A stretch of DNA of 61,365 nucleotides from Eubacteriales bacterium (GCA_045590615.1 JAZNRH010000044.1:1-61365), one strand, 5' to 3'. Shown: positions 27,899 to 37,675, counted from the first letter of the stretch. The notes: generated from the sequence alone by a model not told the origin. A program made the numbers and translations.

Positions 27899-28792
27899 AT
27901 GATAGGAAGAATTATATCCTGCATAGGTGGAATTTACACAATAGAGAGCGAGGGTGAGCACTATACCTGCTCAGCCAAGGGTAGCTTTCGTCATCAGGGA
28001 CTGCTCGTCGTTGCAGGCGATATGGTTGAATTTGAAAAGGACGGCTTGATTACCCGTGTACTTGAGCGCAAGAACGTTCTTATTCGTCCCGAGGTAGCGA
28101 ATATCGATACTATGTTCATCGTATTTGCTCTGGCATCTCCCGACCCGAATTTACTTGCCATAGATAAGCTGACAGCAATCTGTGCGCACGCAAATATTAA
28201 CACCGTAATCGTTTTCAACAAAAAGGATATAGCTGACAGCGAGAGCGCCAAAGAGCTTTATAACACCTATACCTCCTGTGGATATAAGGTAATAATGCTC
28301 AGCGCAGGAAGTAATAAGGAAGAGGTAAGAGAAAAGCTGTTTCCTCTTGCCAAGGGTGGAGTATCGGTCTTTTCAGGACCGTCGGGAGTAGGAAAGAGTA
28401 CTATAATAAATGCGCTCTTCCCTCAGCTTGAGCTCGAAACAGGCTCACTTAGTCAAAAGACCCAAAGAGGAAAGAACACTACCCGAAGTACTACCCTCTA
28501 CAAGACCGACGAGGACACCTATTACGTTGATACACCCGGCTTTACTCAGCTTGATTTCGACAGATTCCGTTTTTTGAAAAAGGACGAGCTTGTTTACGCC
28601 TTCCCCGAATTCAGAGAGCTCGTCGGGGAGTGCAGATATACCAAATGCACTCATACCAAGGAGGACGGCTGTGCCATTCTTGAAAAAATCAATTCGGGTA
28701 AGCTCCCCAAAAGCCGTCACGACAGCTTTGTTTCCTTGTGGGAAATTCTTAAAAACCATAAGGAATGGGAAAAAAATCAAAAAAACTATTGA
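27899..28792 (+). CDS. rsgA: Ribosome small-subunit-dependent GTPase A
   Basis: GPSGVGKST P-loop and a C-terminal zinc-finger region with cysteines (CRYTKCTHTKEDGC). Confidence 0.9.
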   Translation: MIGRIISCIGGIYTIESEGEHYTCSAKGSFRHQGLLVVAGDMVEFEKDGLITRVLERKNVLIRPEVANIDTMFIVFALASPDPNLLAIDKLTAICAHANINTVIVFNKKDIADSESAKELYNTYTSCGYKVIMLSAGSNKEEVREKLFPLAKGGVSVFSGPSGVGKSTIINALFPQLELETGSLSQKTQRGKNTTRSTTLYKTDEDTYYVDTPGFTQLDFDRFRFLKKDELVYAFPEFRELVGECRYTKCTHTKEDGCAILEKINSGKLPKSRHDSFVSLWEILKNHKEWEKNQKNY

Positions 28793-28817
28793 CAAATCAG
28801 AGAACATAGTGTAAAAT
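28789..28817 (+). promoter_or_regulatory. Sigma-A-type promoter of ylxM-ffh
   Basis: TTGACA-N17-TAAAAT. It ends just before the track's ATG at 28818, which argues for the downstream start. Confidence 0.55.
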
Positions 28818-28871
28818 ATGCAAGGTGTAAAGAAAAAATGTTTACACCACTTTTGGAGGCGTAGAGAGATT

Positions 28872-29183
28872 ATGAAGGAAAAGGACTTTTCAATTTGTCT
28901 TTTATATGATATTTACGCACCTATTCTCAGCGAAAAAAAGAGGACGGTATTCGAGCTTTCTTACTGTCAGGACCTGACGCTTTCAGAAATTGCCGAGCAT
29001 ACGGGTACTTCACGTCAGGGAGTAAGAGAGCTGATTGTACGCACCTGCGAGGAGCTTGAGGAGCTTGAAAACGCTCTCCATCTCAAGCGCTCACGCGACG
29101 GGCTCAGCCAGCTTGCCGACGAGCTTGCCGAAACCAATCCCGATGTTTCTGCTAAGATAAAAGAGCTTTTACCTTGTTCTTAG
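28872..29183 (+). CDS. ylxM: YlxM/UPF0122 putative helix-turn-helix protein associated with SRP
   Basis: LLYDIYAPILSEKKRTVFELSYCQDLTLSEIAE is YlxM-like. Located immediately upstream of ffh. Confidence 0.8.
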   Translation: MKEKDFSICLLYDIYAPILSEKKRTVFELSYCQDLTLSEIAEHTGTSRQGVRELIVRTCEELEELENALHLKRSRDGLSQLADELAETNPDVSAKIKELLPCS

Positions 29184-29196
29184 GAGGTAACGATAT

Positions 29197-30528
29197 ATGT
29201 TCCAGAATTTAACAGAAAAAATATCCGACGCCTTTAAGAAATTCAGAAATAAGGGTAAGCTTACAGAAGCCGACGTAAAAGAGGGTATGCGAGAAATAAA
29301 GCTCGCTCTTCTCGAAGCCGACGTAAACTTCAAGGTTGTAAAGGCGTTTATTGCAAAGGTTTCCGAAAGAGCTGTAGGAGACGAGGTTTTAGAGAGCCTT
29401 ATGCCTGCTCAGCACATTGTAAAAATAGTAAACGAAGAGCTTTGCGCCATTATGGGTGAGAAGCACGAAAAGCTCAGGATTGCAGATAAGCCCCCCACGG
29501 TTGTAATGCTGTGTGGACTTCAGGGCGCAGGCAAGACCACTCATGCCGCAAAGCTTGCAGGACTTATGAAAAAGCAGGGCAAGAGTTCTCTTCTTGTAGC
29601 CTGTGACGTATACAGACCTGCTGCAATCAAACAGCTCCACGTTGTTGGAGAACAGCTCGGAGTAAAGGTTTACTCGGACGATAATGAAAAAAATCCCGTT
29701 AAAATCGCGCGAGACGGTGTGAAGCTTGCCGAGCGAGAGGGAATAGATATAGTATTTATAGATACTGCAGGCAGACTCCATATAGACGAGGTTCTTATGG
29801 ACGAGCTCAAGAATATAAAGAGCGAGGTCAATCCTACCGAAATATTGCTCGTAATTGACGCAATGCTCGGTCAGGACGCAGTTAACGTTGCAGAGCATTT
29901 CAATTCACTGCTTGACGTTACGGGCGTAATTCTCACAAAGCTCGACGGTGACACGAGAGGTGGCGCAGCGCTGTCCGTCAGATACGTAACGGGCAAGCCC
30001 ATCAAGTACGTCGGTACAGGCGAGAAGCTTGACAATATCGAGCCCTTTCACCCCGAAAGAATGGCGTCGAGAATACTCGGTATGGGCGACGTGCTTTCCT
30101 TGATTGAGAAGGCGCAGGAATCCTTTGACGAGAAGAAGGCAATAGAGCTTGAAAAGAAGCTGCGTTCACAGACCTTTACCCTCGGTGATTATCTTGAGCA
30201 ATTTGCTCAGATTAAGAATATGGGCAGTATCGACCAGCTTGTCGGAATGCTGCCGGGAGTAAAGCCCGGAGCTATGAAGGACGTCAAGGTTGACGAAAAA
30301 CAGCTTGCTCAGCAGGAGGCTATAATCCTTTCTATGACGCAGGCAGAGAGAGATAACCCCGACATCATAAACGCCTCGCGCAAGAAAAGAATTGCCGCGG
30401 GAAGTGGCACGTCGGTTGAGCAGGTTAACAGATTGCTCAAGCAATTTGACCAGACCAAACAGCTTATGAAGCAGTTTACGGGTGGTGGCAAAAAGAGGTT
30501 CGGCAAGAAATTGCCCTTTGGATTTTAG
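29197..30528 (+). CDS. ffh: Signal recognition particle protein
   Basis: GLQGAGKTT, DTAGR and TKLDGD motifs plus a Met-rich M domain. Confidence 0.95.
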   Translation: MFQNLTEKISDAFKKFRNKGKLTEADVKEGMREIKLALLEADVNFKVVKAFIAKVSERAVGDEVLESLMPAQHIVKIVNEELCAIMGEKHEKLRIADKPPTVVMLCGLQGAGKTTHAAKLAGLMKKQGKSSLLVACDVYRPAAIKQLHVVGEQLGVKVYSDDNEKNPVKIARDGVKLAEREGIDIVFIDTAGRLHIDEVLMDELKNIKSEVNPTEILLVIDAMLGQDAVNVAEHFNSLLDVTGVILTKLDGDTRGGAALSVRYVTGKPIKYVGTGEKLDNIEPFHPERMASRILGMGDVLSLIEKAQESFDEKKAIELEKKLRSQTFTLGDYLEQFAQIKNMGSIDQLVGMLPGVKPGAMKDVKVDEKQLAQQEAIILSMTQAERDNPDIINASRKKRIAAGSGTSVEQVNRLLKQFDQTKQLMKQFTGGGKKRFGKKLPFGF

Positions 30529-30580
30529 TATATTATAAAAATAATATAAATAAAAAATTTTTAGCCATGGAGGTATTATT

Positions 30581-30826
30581 ATGGCAGTTAAAATCAGACT
30601 CAGAAGAATGGGCGCAAAGAAGGCTCCCTTTTACCGTGTAGTTGTAGCAGATTCTCGTTCACCCAGAGATGGTAAGTTTATCGAGGAAATCGGTTACTAC
30701 AATCCTATGACAAATCCTGCTGAAATCAACATTGACGCAGAGGCTGCAAAGAAGTGGATTGCAAACGGCGCTCAGCCCACAGAAACAACAAAGAGCCTTT
30801 TGAAGAAGAGCGGCATCATCGACTAA
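30581..30826 (+). CDS. rpsP: 30S ribosomal protein S16
   Basis: [26 protein letters not shown]. Confidence 0.95.
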   Translation: MAVKIRLRRMGAKKAPFYRVVVADSRSPRDGKFIEEIGYYNPMTNPAEINIDAEAAKKWIANGAQPTETTKSLLKKSGIID

Positions 30827-30841
30827 TCGGAGGTGCTTGCT

Positions 30842-31069
30842 TTGAAGAAAATTCTTATCGACATTGCAAGTGCAATAGTTGACAAGCCTGAGGAAGTAAG
30901 AGTTAACGAGCGTATGGACGGAACTACACTTCACCTCGAATTATCGGTTGCTCCTGACGATATGGGTAAGGTAATCGGTAAGGGAGGCAGAATTGCTAAG
31001 GCAATCCGTACCGTTATGAAGGCTTCTTCAACCAAGAATAATCAGCATGTAGTTGTTGATATCATTTAA
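30842..31069 (+). CDS. KH-domain RNA-binding protein (YlqC family)
   Basis: GKVIGKGGRIAKAIRTV KH motif. The start is uncertain: TTG at 30842 lies 9 nt after GGAGG, while the track uses GTG at 30833. Confidence 0.8.
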   Translation: MKKILIDIASAIVDKPEEVRVNERMDGTTLHLELSVAPDDMGKVIGKGGRIAKAIRTVMKASSTKNNQHVVVDII

Positions 31070-31081
31070 TTGGGATACAGT

Positions 31082-31120
31082 GGCTGTAAAAAACTCGGTT
31101 TGAGTTTTTTACAGCTTCTG
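31082..31120 (+). terminator. Terminator hairpin of conserved family D
   Basis: GGCTGTAAAAAACTC-GGTT-TGAGTTTTTTACAGC. Confidence 0.7.
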
Positions 31121-31160
31121 TTTTTTTATCATATAGTGCCGTTTTGTCTTGTTTTAGTTT
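31121..31160 (-). repeat. Family C intergenic repeat, short copy C3
   Basis: TTTTTTTATCATATAGTGCCGTTTTGTCTTGTTTTAG shares the TTATCATATAG head and the CGTTTTG(C/T)CTTG core with C1 and C2. Confidence 0.6.
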
Positions 31161-31280
31161 TAATTTTCTCAAAATTCATTGACTTAGTAGCCAAAATGTG
31201 ATAATATAGTATTGAAAACTACATAGCAAGGTAACAACAACCTTAGTTTTGAGTTTTTAATACGAATTACAGGAGAGAAT

Positions 31281-32912
31281 ATGAAGACCTACAACGCAAC
31301 GAAATTCAACAGCTTTCGTGAGATAATCGACCACATTGCAGAAAAATTCAAGGACAGGACTGCATTTCAGATAAAAGAGTCCGAGGGCTACCGTGAGATA
31401 AGCTTCGACACCTTCCGTCAGCACTTTTACAGACTTTGCACATACCTTTTGAAAAAGGATATGTATAAGAAGAGAATAGCCGTTTCGGGAGCAAATTGCT
31501 ACGAATGGGTGCTCTCCTACCTTGCAGCTGCAACGGTTGGCGTTGCAGTGCCCATTGACAAGGAGCTGTCCGGTGAGGATATCGAGGAATTTATGAGGGC
31601 AGGCGAATGTTCAGCTGTTTTCTGCGACAAAAACGTTGGTGAAAAGCTGAGCGTCGAGTCGGTTTCCTTTGAAAAGGTAACCGAGATAGCTGACTCCACT
31701 ATGATTCCAGCTTTTTCTGAAATTTCAAAAATCGAGAAAAAGCGTGACGAAATGAGCGTGCTCATTTTCACATCGGGTACGACGGGCTCGTCAAAGGGCG
31801 TTATGCTCTCGCAGGATAATATCTGCTCAAACATTTATCAGACGGTACAGATGGTTAAGGTCAAGGACAGCGACAAGACGATGTCCATTCTTCCTCTTCA
31901 TCATACCTACGAATGTACCCTCGACTGTCTTTTGATACTCTCTGAGGGCGCTTGCATCTGCTATGCCGAGTCACTGCGTACGGTAGCGCGTAATATTCGT
32001 GAATATTCTCCCTCCATACTCGTCGTAGTGCCCGAGCTTCTCGCAGTGCTCAACCGACGTATCAAGGCCGGAATAATCGAGGGCTGTCCCAAGAAGTACA
32101 AGCACTATTTCGAGGAGCTCTCACTTGCCGATGCACTTGCAAAGGTTCCATTCATCATACGGATTGCCATAAAGAACAAGGTAAAAAAGACGCTTGGTGG
32201 CAAGCTTCGTCTTTTTATCGTAGGCGCAGCAGAGCTTGACACTGCAATCGTTGACGATTTTACAGCCCTTGGCATACGCACCCTTCAGGGCTACGGACTC
32301 ACAGAATGCTCTCCACTTCTTGCAGGAAACAGTGACTTTTACTTCAACCCTGCCTCAACGGGAACTGCCATACCCGGTGTTGAAATCAGGATAGATAACC
32401 CCAACGCAGAGGGCGTGGGTGAGATAATTGCCCGAGGCGACAATATTATGCTGGGCTATTACAACGACCTCGAATCAACCTCTGCCGTACTTCGTGACGG
32501 ATGGTTTCATACGGGTGACCTCGGAAAGATCGACCCCGACGGCGCTCTTTACATCAAGGGCAGAATCAAAAACGTAATCGTTGCAGAAAACGGCAAAAAC
32601 ATCTTCCCCGAGGAGCTTGAAAACCGACTTTCAGTCTATGAGGAGCTTCAGGATATAATCGTCGTATCCGACAAGAGCTCAGGACGTGTCACCGTCAAAG
32701 CAAAGATTTTCCCCAACATCGACTTTATCAAAGCAAAGCTCGGTCACCATCCCTCAAACGAGGAGCTGGAGTCGGTTATCAAGGGAATTGCCGAGCAGGT
32801 CAATTCAAAAATCCCCTCCTACAAGCATATCAAAAAGATTGAAATACTCACCAAGGGTCTTGAAAAGACCACTACCCGTAAAATAAAACGCTACGGGTCA
32901 AACGTTGAATAA
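31281..32912 (+). CDS. AMP-dependent acyl-CoA synthetase (long-chain fatty-acid--CoA ligase-like)
   Basis: 543 aa with the IFTSGTTGSSKGVMLS AMP-binding motif and GWFHTGDLG. Confidence 0.8.
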   Translation: MKTYNATKFNSFREIIDHIAEKFKDRTAFQIKESEGYREISFDTFRQHFYRLCTYLLKKDMYKKRIAVSGANCYEWVLSYLAAATVGVAVPIDKELSGEDIEEFMRAGECSAVFCDKNVGEKLSVESVSFEKVTEIADSTMIPAFSEISKIEKKRDEMSVLIFTSGTTGSSKGVMLSQDNICSNIYQTVQMVKVKDSDKTMSILPLHHTYECTLDCLLILSEGACICYAESLRTVARNIREYSPSILVVVPELLAVLNRRIKAGIIEGCPKKYKHYFEELSLADALAKVPFIIRIAIKNKVKKTLGGKLRLFIVGAAELDTAIVDDFTALGIRTLQGYGLTECSPLLAGNSDFYFNPASTGTAIPGVEIRIDNPNAEGVGEIIARGDNIMLGYYNDLESTSAVLRDGWFHTGDLGKIDPDGALYIKGRIKNVIVAENGKNIFPEELENRLSVYEELQDIIVVSDKSSGRVTVKAKIFPNIDFIKAKLGHHPSNEELESVIKGIAEQVNSKIPSYKHIKKIEILTKGLEKTTTRKIKRYGSNVE

Positions 32913-33036
32913 TTCACTGTATCGTTTTTGATAAATTATCAAAAAAATTATAAAGTTTTGTAAAAGCCTTGTAAAATTTTTGAAGGTATGGTATAATAAC
33001 CATACATTGATAAAATCTAAAAGGAGAACTACAAAA

Positions 33037-34521
33037 ATGAAAAAAGTATTATCAATAGTTCTTGTTATTTCGCTTCTTCTTTCAACGCTGGCTATGATTG
33101 GCTGCAGCAAGGATGAAGAGGTAAAGAGTAATAAGGAAAACGTTTCGACAGAGGTTAATAACGAAGATGCGCTTGCAAGTGGAGATATTTTCGCTGAGCG
33201 TGCTGCAGTAGACGACGGACTTGACGACGAGCTTGACTTTGAGGGTAAGACTCTTCGTGTCGTATGTCACAACGATGGCTACGAAATGTTTCCTGCAGAA
33301 GAAGCTATAAATAAGGGCGACCTCATTAAAGACGCCAAGGCAGCAAGAAACAGAGCTGTAGAGGATAAGCTTAACTGTAACATTGAGCTTGTTTATTGTG
33401 CAGATATTACTACTCTTGCAGGCTACGTAACAAAGTCGGTTATGTCGGGTTCAAATGAGTTCGACCTCTTGGTTAACCACGTGTTGACGTCGGCAGGTAT
33501 GATTACAAAACAGCTATTTATCAACTGGTACGACGTACCCTACGTTGATTTTACAAAGCCCTGGTGGGCAGCATCGACCTCAAACGAGCTTACGTACGAC
33601 GGAAAATGTATCCTTGCAATTTCCGACCTTAATGCAACTGCAATTCTTTGCACTTGTATAATGGCGTTCAACAAGAACCTTGCGAATTCGTGGGATTTAG
33701 GTAATCTTTACGAGCTTGTATTGAACGGTGAGTGGACCTACGATGCCTTCTATTCGAGAATAAAGGACATCTATATGGACTCCGACGGCTCGGGTGACCG
33801 TTCTGCAGGTGATTTTTACGGTGCAACTCTGCCTCTTGCGAGCTCGACAAACGCCTGGTTGTGGGCATTTAATAATCCTGTAACCTCCAAGAACGAAGAC
33901 GGTGTTCCCACAATCACCATTAAGACCGACAAAATCAATAATATCGTTAAAAGTGTCTATGACCTTTATTACAATACCCAGGGTGTAGGCTCGAGCACCG
34001 ATGATGATTTTGACGAATACAATATGTTTATGAATAAGCAGTCGATTATATATGATACATATATCGCAGAGCTTACCTCGACAAACTTCCGTAACTTTGA
34101 TGACGATTACGGAATTCTTCCATTCCCTAAGTGGGACGAGTATCAGGACAAATATTATTCACACGTTTACGGCGAGCACACAGTTTCTTCAATTCCCAAG
34201 ACGGCTAAGGACCTTGAGTTCATCGGCGCTTGCGTTGAGGCTCTCTCCTACGAATCGTGGAAGACCCTTACACCAACCATTTACGAAATTGCGCTCAAGA
34301 CACGTTACCTCAGAGACAACGAGTCCAAGGAGGTTCTTGATATAATTCTTGATAACCGTTACTTTGATTTCGGATTTATCTACAAGAACGAGTTCGGCTA
34401 TACCTGCTACAACGCAGTCAAAGGAGGCAACGAAAACTTCGAATCCTACTACAACAAGAGATTCCCACTTGAGAAGCTCTCGCTGAAGAAGGTAATAAAA
34501 GTATTCGATAAGCTTTCGTAA
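33037..34521 (+). CDS. Lipoprotein, solute-binding-protein-like (paralog 2 of 3)
   Basis: Start taken at MKKVLSIV after AAGGAG. Lipobox MIGC. Long blocks are identical to 15760..17247 and 34918..36408. Confidence 0.65.
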   Translation: MKKVLSIVLVISLLLSTLAMIGCSKDEEVKSNKENVSTEVNNEDALASGDIFAERAAVDDGLDDELDFEGKTLRVVCHNDGYEMFPAEEAINKGDLIKDAKAARNRAVEDKLNCNIELVYCADITTLAGYVTKSVMSGSNEFDLLVNHVLTSAGMITKQLFINWYDVPYVDFTKPWWAASTSNELTYDGKCILAISDLNATAILCTCIMAFNKNLANSWDLGNLYELVLNGEWTYDAFYSRIKDIYMDSDGSGDRSAGDFYGATLPLASSTNAWLWAFNNPVTSKNEDGVPTITIKTDKINNIVKSVYDLYYNTQGVGSSTDDDFDEYNMFMNKQSIIYDTYIAELTSTNFRNFDDDYGILPFPKWDEYQDKYYSHVYGEHTVSSIPKTAKDLEFIGACVEALSYESWKTLTPTIYEIALKTRYLRDNESKEVLDIILDNRYFDFGFIYKNEFGYTCYNAVKGGNENFESYYNKRFPLEKLSLKKVIKVFDKLS

Positions 34522-34534
34522 TCGAATGAGCAAC

Positions 34535-34571
34535 AGGAGACTTTTGATTTTCAAGGGTCTCCTTGCTTTTT
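34535..34571 (+). terminator. Rho-independent terminator
   Basis: AGGAGAC...GTCTCCT followed by TGCTTTTT. Confidence 0.65.
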
Positions 34572-34575
34572 ATCG

Positions 34576-34739
34576 TATAGCCGAAGGGAATCGAACTATT
34601 ATCGCCGAGAAAAGCCCTTTTCGGTCTAAATTTTCCCTTGTCGCTTGGAATACGTGTAGTATTCCTGCACTTCGCTGAAAAATTTATCCTCGAAAATTAC
34701 CTCTTGAAACCGACAAGAGTTCGGCTCCCTTTGGCTATA
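34576..34739. repeat. Family A palindromic (MITE-like) repeat, complete copy A2
   Basis: Left arm TATAGCCGAAGGGAATCGAACTATTATCG. The reverse complement of the right arm is TATAGCCAAAGGGAGCCGAACTCTTGTCGGTTTCAAGAGG. Central hairpin GGAATAC/GTATTCC. Confidence 0.8.
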
Positions 34740-34917
34740 ATCAACCTTGCCGTTTTGTTTTGAAAACGTAAGGACAGGCGCGCTTTGCCGGTGGTGGCTC
34801 GCCGCTTTTTTGCTGAAAACGGGCTTTTGTGCTTTTTTTAACAAACCTATTGTAAAAATGTAAAATCTATGTTATAATTTATTACGATATAATTATTTTG
34901 ATACTGGGAGGTATAAT

Positions 34918-36408
34918 ATGAAAAAACTGTTATCGCTTATTCTTGTGCTTTCGCTTCTGCTTTCCTCGCTTGCTATGATTGGTTGCAGCAAGGACGAAGA
35001 GATAGACGAGAAGAAGGAAAATGCAGCTACAGAAGAAAACTCGAAAGAAGCTCTTGAAAAGGGCGATATCTTTGCCGAGCGTGCTGCAGTAGACGACGGG
35101 CTTGACGATAACCTTAACTTTGGTGGCAAGACGCTCCGTGTCGTATGTCACAACGACGGTTACGAAATGTTCACTCCTGCAGAAGACGTAAACAAGGGTG
35201 ACCTTATTAAAGATGCAAAGGCGACCAGAAACAGAGCAGTTGAGGATAAGCTCGATTGTAAAATAGAGCTTACGTATTGCTCGGACATCAATACCGTTGC
35301 TTCTCACGTAGCCAAGTCGGTAATGTCGGGCGCTGATGAATTCGACCTTGTTGTAAACCACGTTCTTACAACGGGTGGTATGGTTCCCAAGAACCTTTTT
35401 GTCAATTGGTACGACGTACCCCACGTTGACTTTACAAAGCCCTGGTGGGCAGCATCAAATTCCACCGAGCTTACATACGACGGAAAGTCTATTCTTGCCA
35501 TTTCCGACCTCAACGCAACTGCAATTCTTGATACCTGCGTTTTAATTTTCAACAAGAACCTTGCGAATTCGTGGGATTTAGGCAATCTCTACGAGCTTGT
35601 ATTGAACGGCAATTGGACCTATGATGAGTTCTATTCGAGAATCAAGGACATCTATATTGACACCGACGGCTCGGGCGACCGTTCTGCAGGCGACTTCTAC
35701 GGCGCAACCCTTCCGATTTCAAACACTACCAACTCGTGGCTGTGGGCATTCGACAACCCCGTAACCCTCAAGGACGAAAATGGCGTTCCCACTTATTCTA
35801 TCAAGACCGACAAAATCAACAATATCGTAAAGACTCTTTTCGACCTTTACTATAACACTACGGGCGTTGGAGCAAGCGATGCCGATGATTTTGACGAATA
35901 CAATATGTTCATCAACAAGCAGTCTATTATAACTGCAGGTTACCTCATTCACCTCACCTGGACGAGTATGCGTAACTTTGAGGACGACTATGGAATTCTT
36001 CCTATGCCCAAGTGGGACGAGTATCAGAGTGAGTATCACTCACACGTTTACGGTGAGCACACCGTTTCTGCAATTCCCAAGACGGCTAAGGACCTCGAGT
36101 TTGTCGGAGCTTGTGTTGAGGCACTCTCCTACGAATCGTGGAAGACCCTTACACCAACTATCTACGAAATCGCTCTCAAGACACGTTACCTCAGAGATAA
36201 CGAGTCCAAAGAGGTTCTCGATATAATCCTTGACCAGCGTTACTTTGACTTCGGATTCGTATACGATAACTGGCAGGGCTTTGGTACGGTAGGACAGTTC
36301 CTTGTAAGAGACAAGGTAGAAAACTTTGAGTCCTACTACACCAAGAGATATCCTAAGGCAAGATTGCATTTGAAAAAGATAATCAAGGCGTTTGATAAGC
36401 TGTCCTAA
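34918..36408 (+). CDS. Lipoprotein, solute-binding-protein-like (paralog 3 of 3)
   Basis: 496 aa with lipobox MIGC. Arranged in tandem with paralog 2. Confidence 0.65.
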   Translation: MKKLLSLILVLSLLLSSLAMIGCSKDEEIDEKKENAATEENSKEALEKGDIFAERAAVDDGLDDNLNFGGKTLRVVCHNDGYEMFTPAEDVNKGDLIKDAKATRNRAVEDKLDCKIELTYCSDINTVASHVAKSVMSGADEFDLVVNHVLTTGGMVPKNLFVNWYDVPHVDFTKPWWAASNSTELTYDGKSILAISDLNATAILDTCVLIFNKNLANSWDLGNLYELVLNGNWTYDEFYSRIKDIYIDTDGSGDRSAGDFYGATLPISNTTNSWLWAFDNPVTLKDENGVPTYSIKTDKINNIVKTLFDLYYNTTGVGASDADDFDEYNMFINKQSIITAGYLIHLTWTSMRNFEDDYGILPMPKWDEYQSEYHSHVYGEHTVSAIPKTAKDLEFVGACVEALSYESWKTLTPTIYEIALKTRYLRDNESKEVLDIILDQRYFDFGFVYDNWQGFGTVGQFLVRDKVENFESYYTKRYPKARLHLKKIIKAFDKLS

Positions 36409-36421
36409 TCCACTAACACTC

Positions 36422-36458
36422 AGGGCTGTGAAAAACTAATTTGGTTTTTTGCAGCCCT
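36422..36458 (+). terminator. Terminator hairpin of conserved family D
   Basis: AGGGCTGTGAAAAAC-TAATTTG-GTTTTTTGCAGCCCT. Confidence 0.7.
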
Positions 36459-36573
36459 CAATTATTTTTTATCCTTCCATCTTTCTACAAAATCGAACAC
36501 GACCTTCAATGTAAAATATGGCATAAACAAAAGAAGTATGAATAAAATGAAGTAAAAACATTGGAGGCGTAAG

Positions 36574-37491
36574 ATGAACGAAAGACATTATTTTCCCGAA
36601 GGAATGTTGATAAAAACCCCGTCTAACAGGTTGGCTATGTCCAGCCTTTCGGCACTTGACGAGGCGAGGAGCAGTGGAAAAATTTTAGAGGCAATAGTAA
36701 CCCTGTGTGGAGAGGGCTATGAGCTTTCACTTGATTTGGGAGTATGCCGAGGCATTATTCCAAGAGAAGAGGTCGCATGGAGCGAGGACGGAAAAATCCC
36801 GAGAGACATTGCGATTATAACGAGGGTAGGAAAGGCTGTCTCGTTTATAGTGGAGAGCATTACCAAAAACGAGGACGGCGAGGTCGTGGCATATCTTTCA
36901 CGCAGACGTGCTCAGGAGGAATGTGTCAAAAGATATCTCAACAAGCTTGAAATAGGCGACGTAATAGATGCAAGGATTACGCATTTCGAGCCATTCGGCG
37001 CTTTTTGCGATATAGGCTGTGGCATAGTTTCGCTCTTGTCTATAGACTCAATTTCGGTTTCCCGTATATCACATCCGAGCGACAGATTCGTTCTCGGTCA
37101 GCATATAAAGGCTGTCGTTAAATCAAGAGAAGAGCCACTTGATATAAGGGGCAACGTCTCAAACGGCAGAATTTCGCTGTCTCACAAGGAGCTTCTTGGC
37201 ACCTGGCTGGAGAACGCAAATCGGTTCAAGGTCGGTCAGACGGTGGCAGGCGTTGTAAGGAGTATCGAGAATTACGGAATTTTCGTTGAGCTAGCTCCGA
37301 ACCTTGCAGGACTTGCCGAGTGGAAGGGTGGAGTAGAGGTCGGACAGCTTGCCTCGGTCTACATAAAAAACATCATTCCACAAAAGATGAAGGTCAAGCT
37401 TGTAATCGTAGACAGCTACACAGCCGACAAGCACTTTATCAAAAACGAGTATTTTATAAAGAGTGGCAACGTAGCCGATTGGGAATACTAA
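36574..37491 (+). CDS. S1 RNA-binding domain protein
   Basis: 305 aa with repeated S1-like modules (GDVIDARITHFEPFGAFCDIG, GQTVAGVVRSIENYGIFVELA). Confidence 0.7.
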   Translation: MNERHYFPEGMLIKTPSNRLAMSSLSALDEARSSGKILEAIVTLCGEGYELSLDLGVCRGIIPREEVAWSEDGKIPRDIAIITRVGKAVSFIVESITKNEDGEVVAYLSRRRAQEECVKRYLNKLEIGDVIDARITHFEPFGAFCDIGCGIVSLLSIDSISVSRISHPSDRFVLGQHIKAVVKSREEPLDIRGNVSNGRISLSHKELLGTWLENANRFKVGQTVAGVVRSIENYGIFVELAPNLAGLAEWKGGVEVGQLASVYIKNIIPQKMKVKLVIVDSYTADKHFIKNEYFIKSGNVADWEY

Positions 37492-37523
37492 AAGCAATTG
37501 CATTTTTAGTGTCCTTTCTTTCG

Positions 37524-37551
37524 CCCTATCCTTTTTGGTAGAAGGATAGGG
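37524..37551 (+). terminator. Hairpin after the S1-domain gene (weak T-tail)
   Basis: CCCTATCCTT-TTTGGTAG-AAGGATAGGG, followed by TCATTCTTATT. Confidence 0.4.
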
Positions 37552-37601
37552 TCATTCTTATTAAAGTCATTCTTATTTATATTATTCTTATTACGTTCTA
37601 C

Positions 37602-37675
37602 TTTTTTCACTTCTTGAAATCCTTTTTCCACATTTCTTGAATTCCTGTTTTTTCACTTCTTGAAATCCTTTTTTT
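37602..37675 (+). repeat. Tandem direct repeats with a unit of about 23 bp (two exact 26-nt copies plus one degenerate)
   Basis: TTTTTTCACTTCTTGAAATCCTTTTT occurs at 37602 and 37648, with CCACATTTCTTGAATTCCTG between them. Confidence 0.8.

Noticed and set aside
34626-34844. 72-aa minus-strand ORF between the tandem SBP genes.
   Set aside because: It lies entirely within repeat copy A2 and adjacent repeat debris. It has no RBS, and its frame is not preserved in the other family A copies.
37602-37675. Possible mini-CRISPR array, given direct repeats with spacers.
   Set aside because: There are only two exact 26-nt copies plus one degenerate copy. The units directly abut each other with no unique spacers, the repeats are T-rich rather than palindromic, and no cas genes are in the window.
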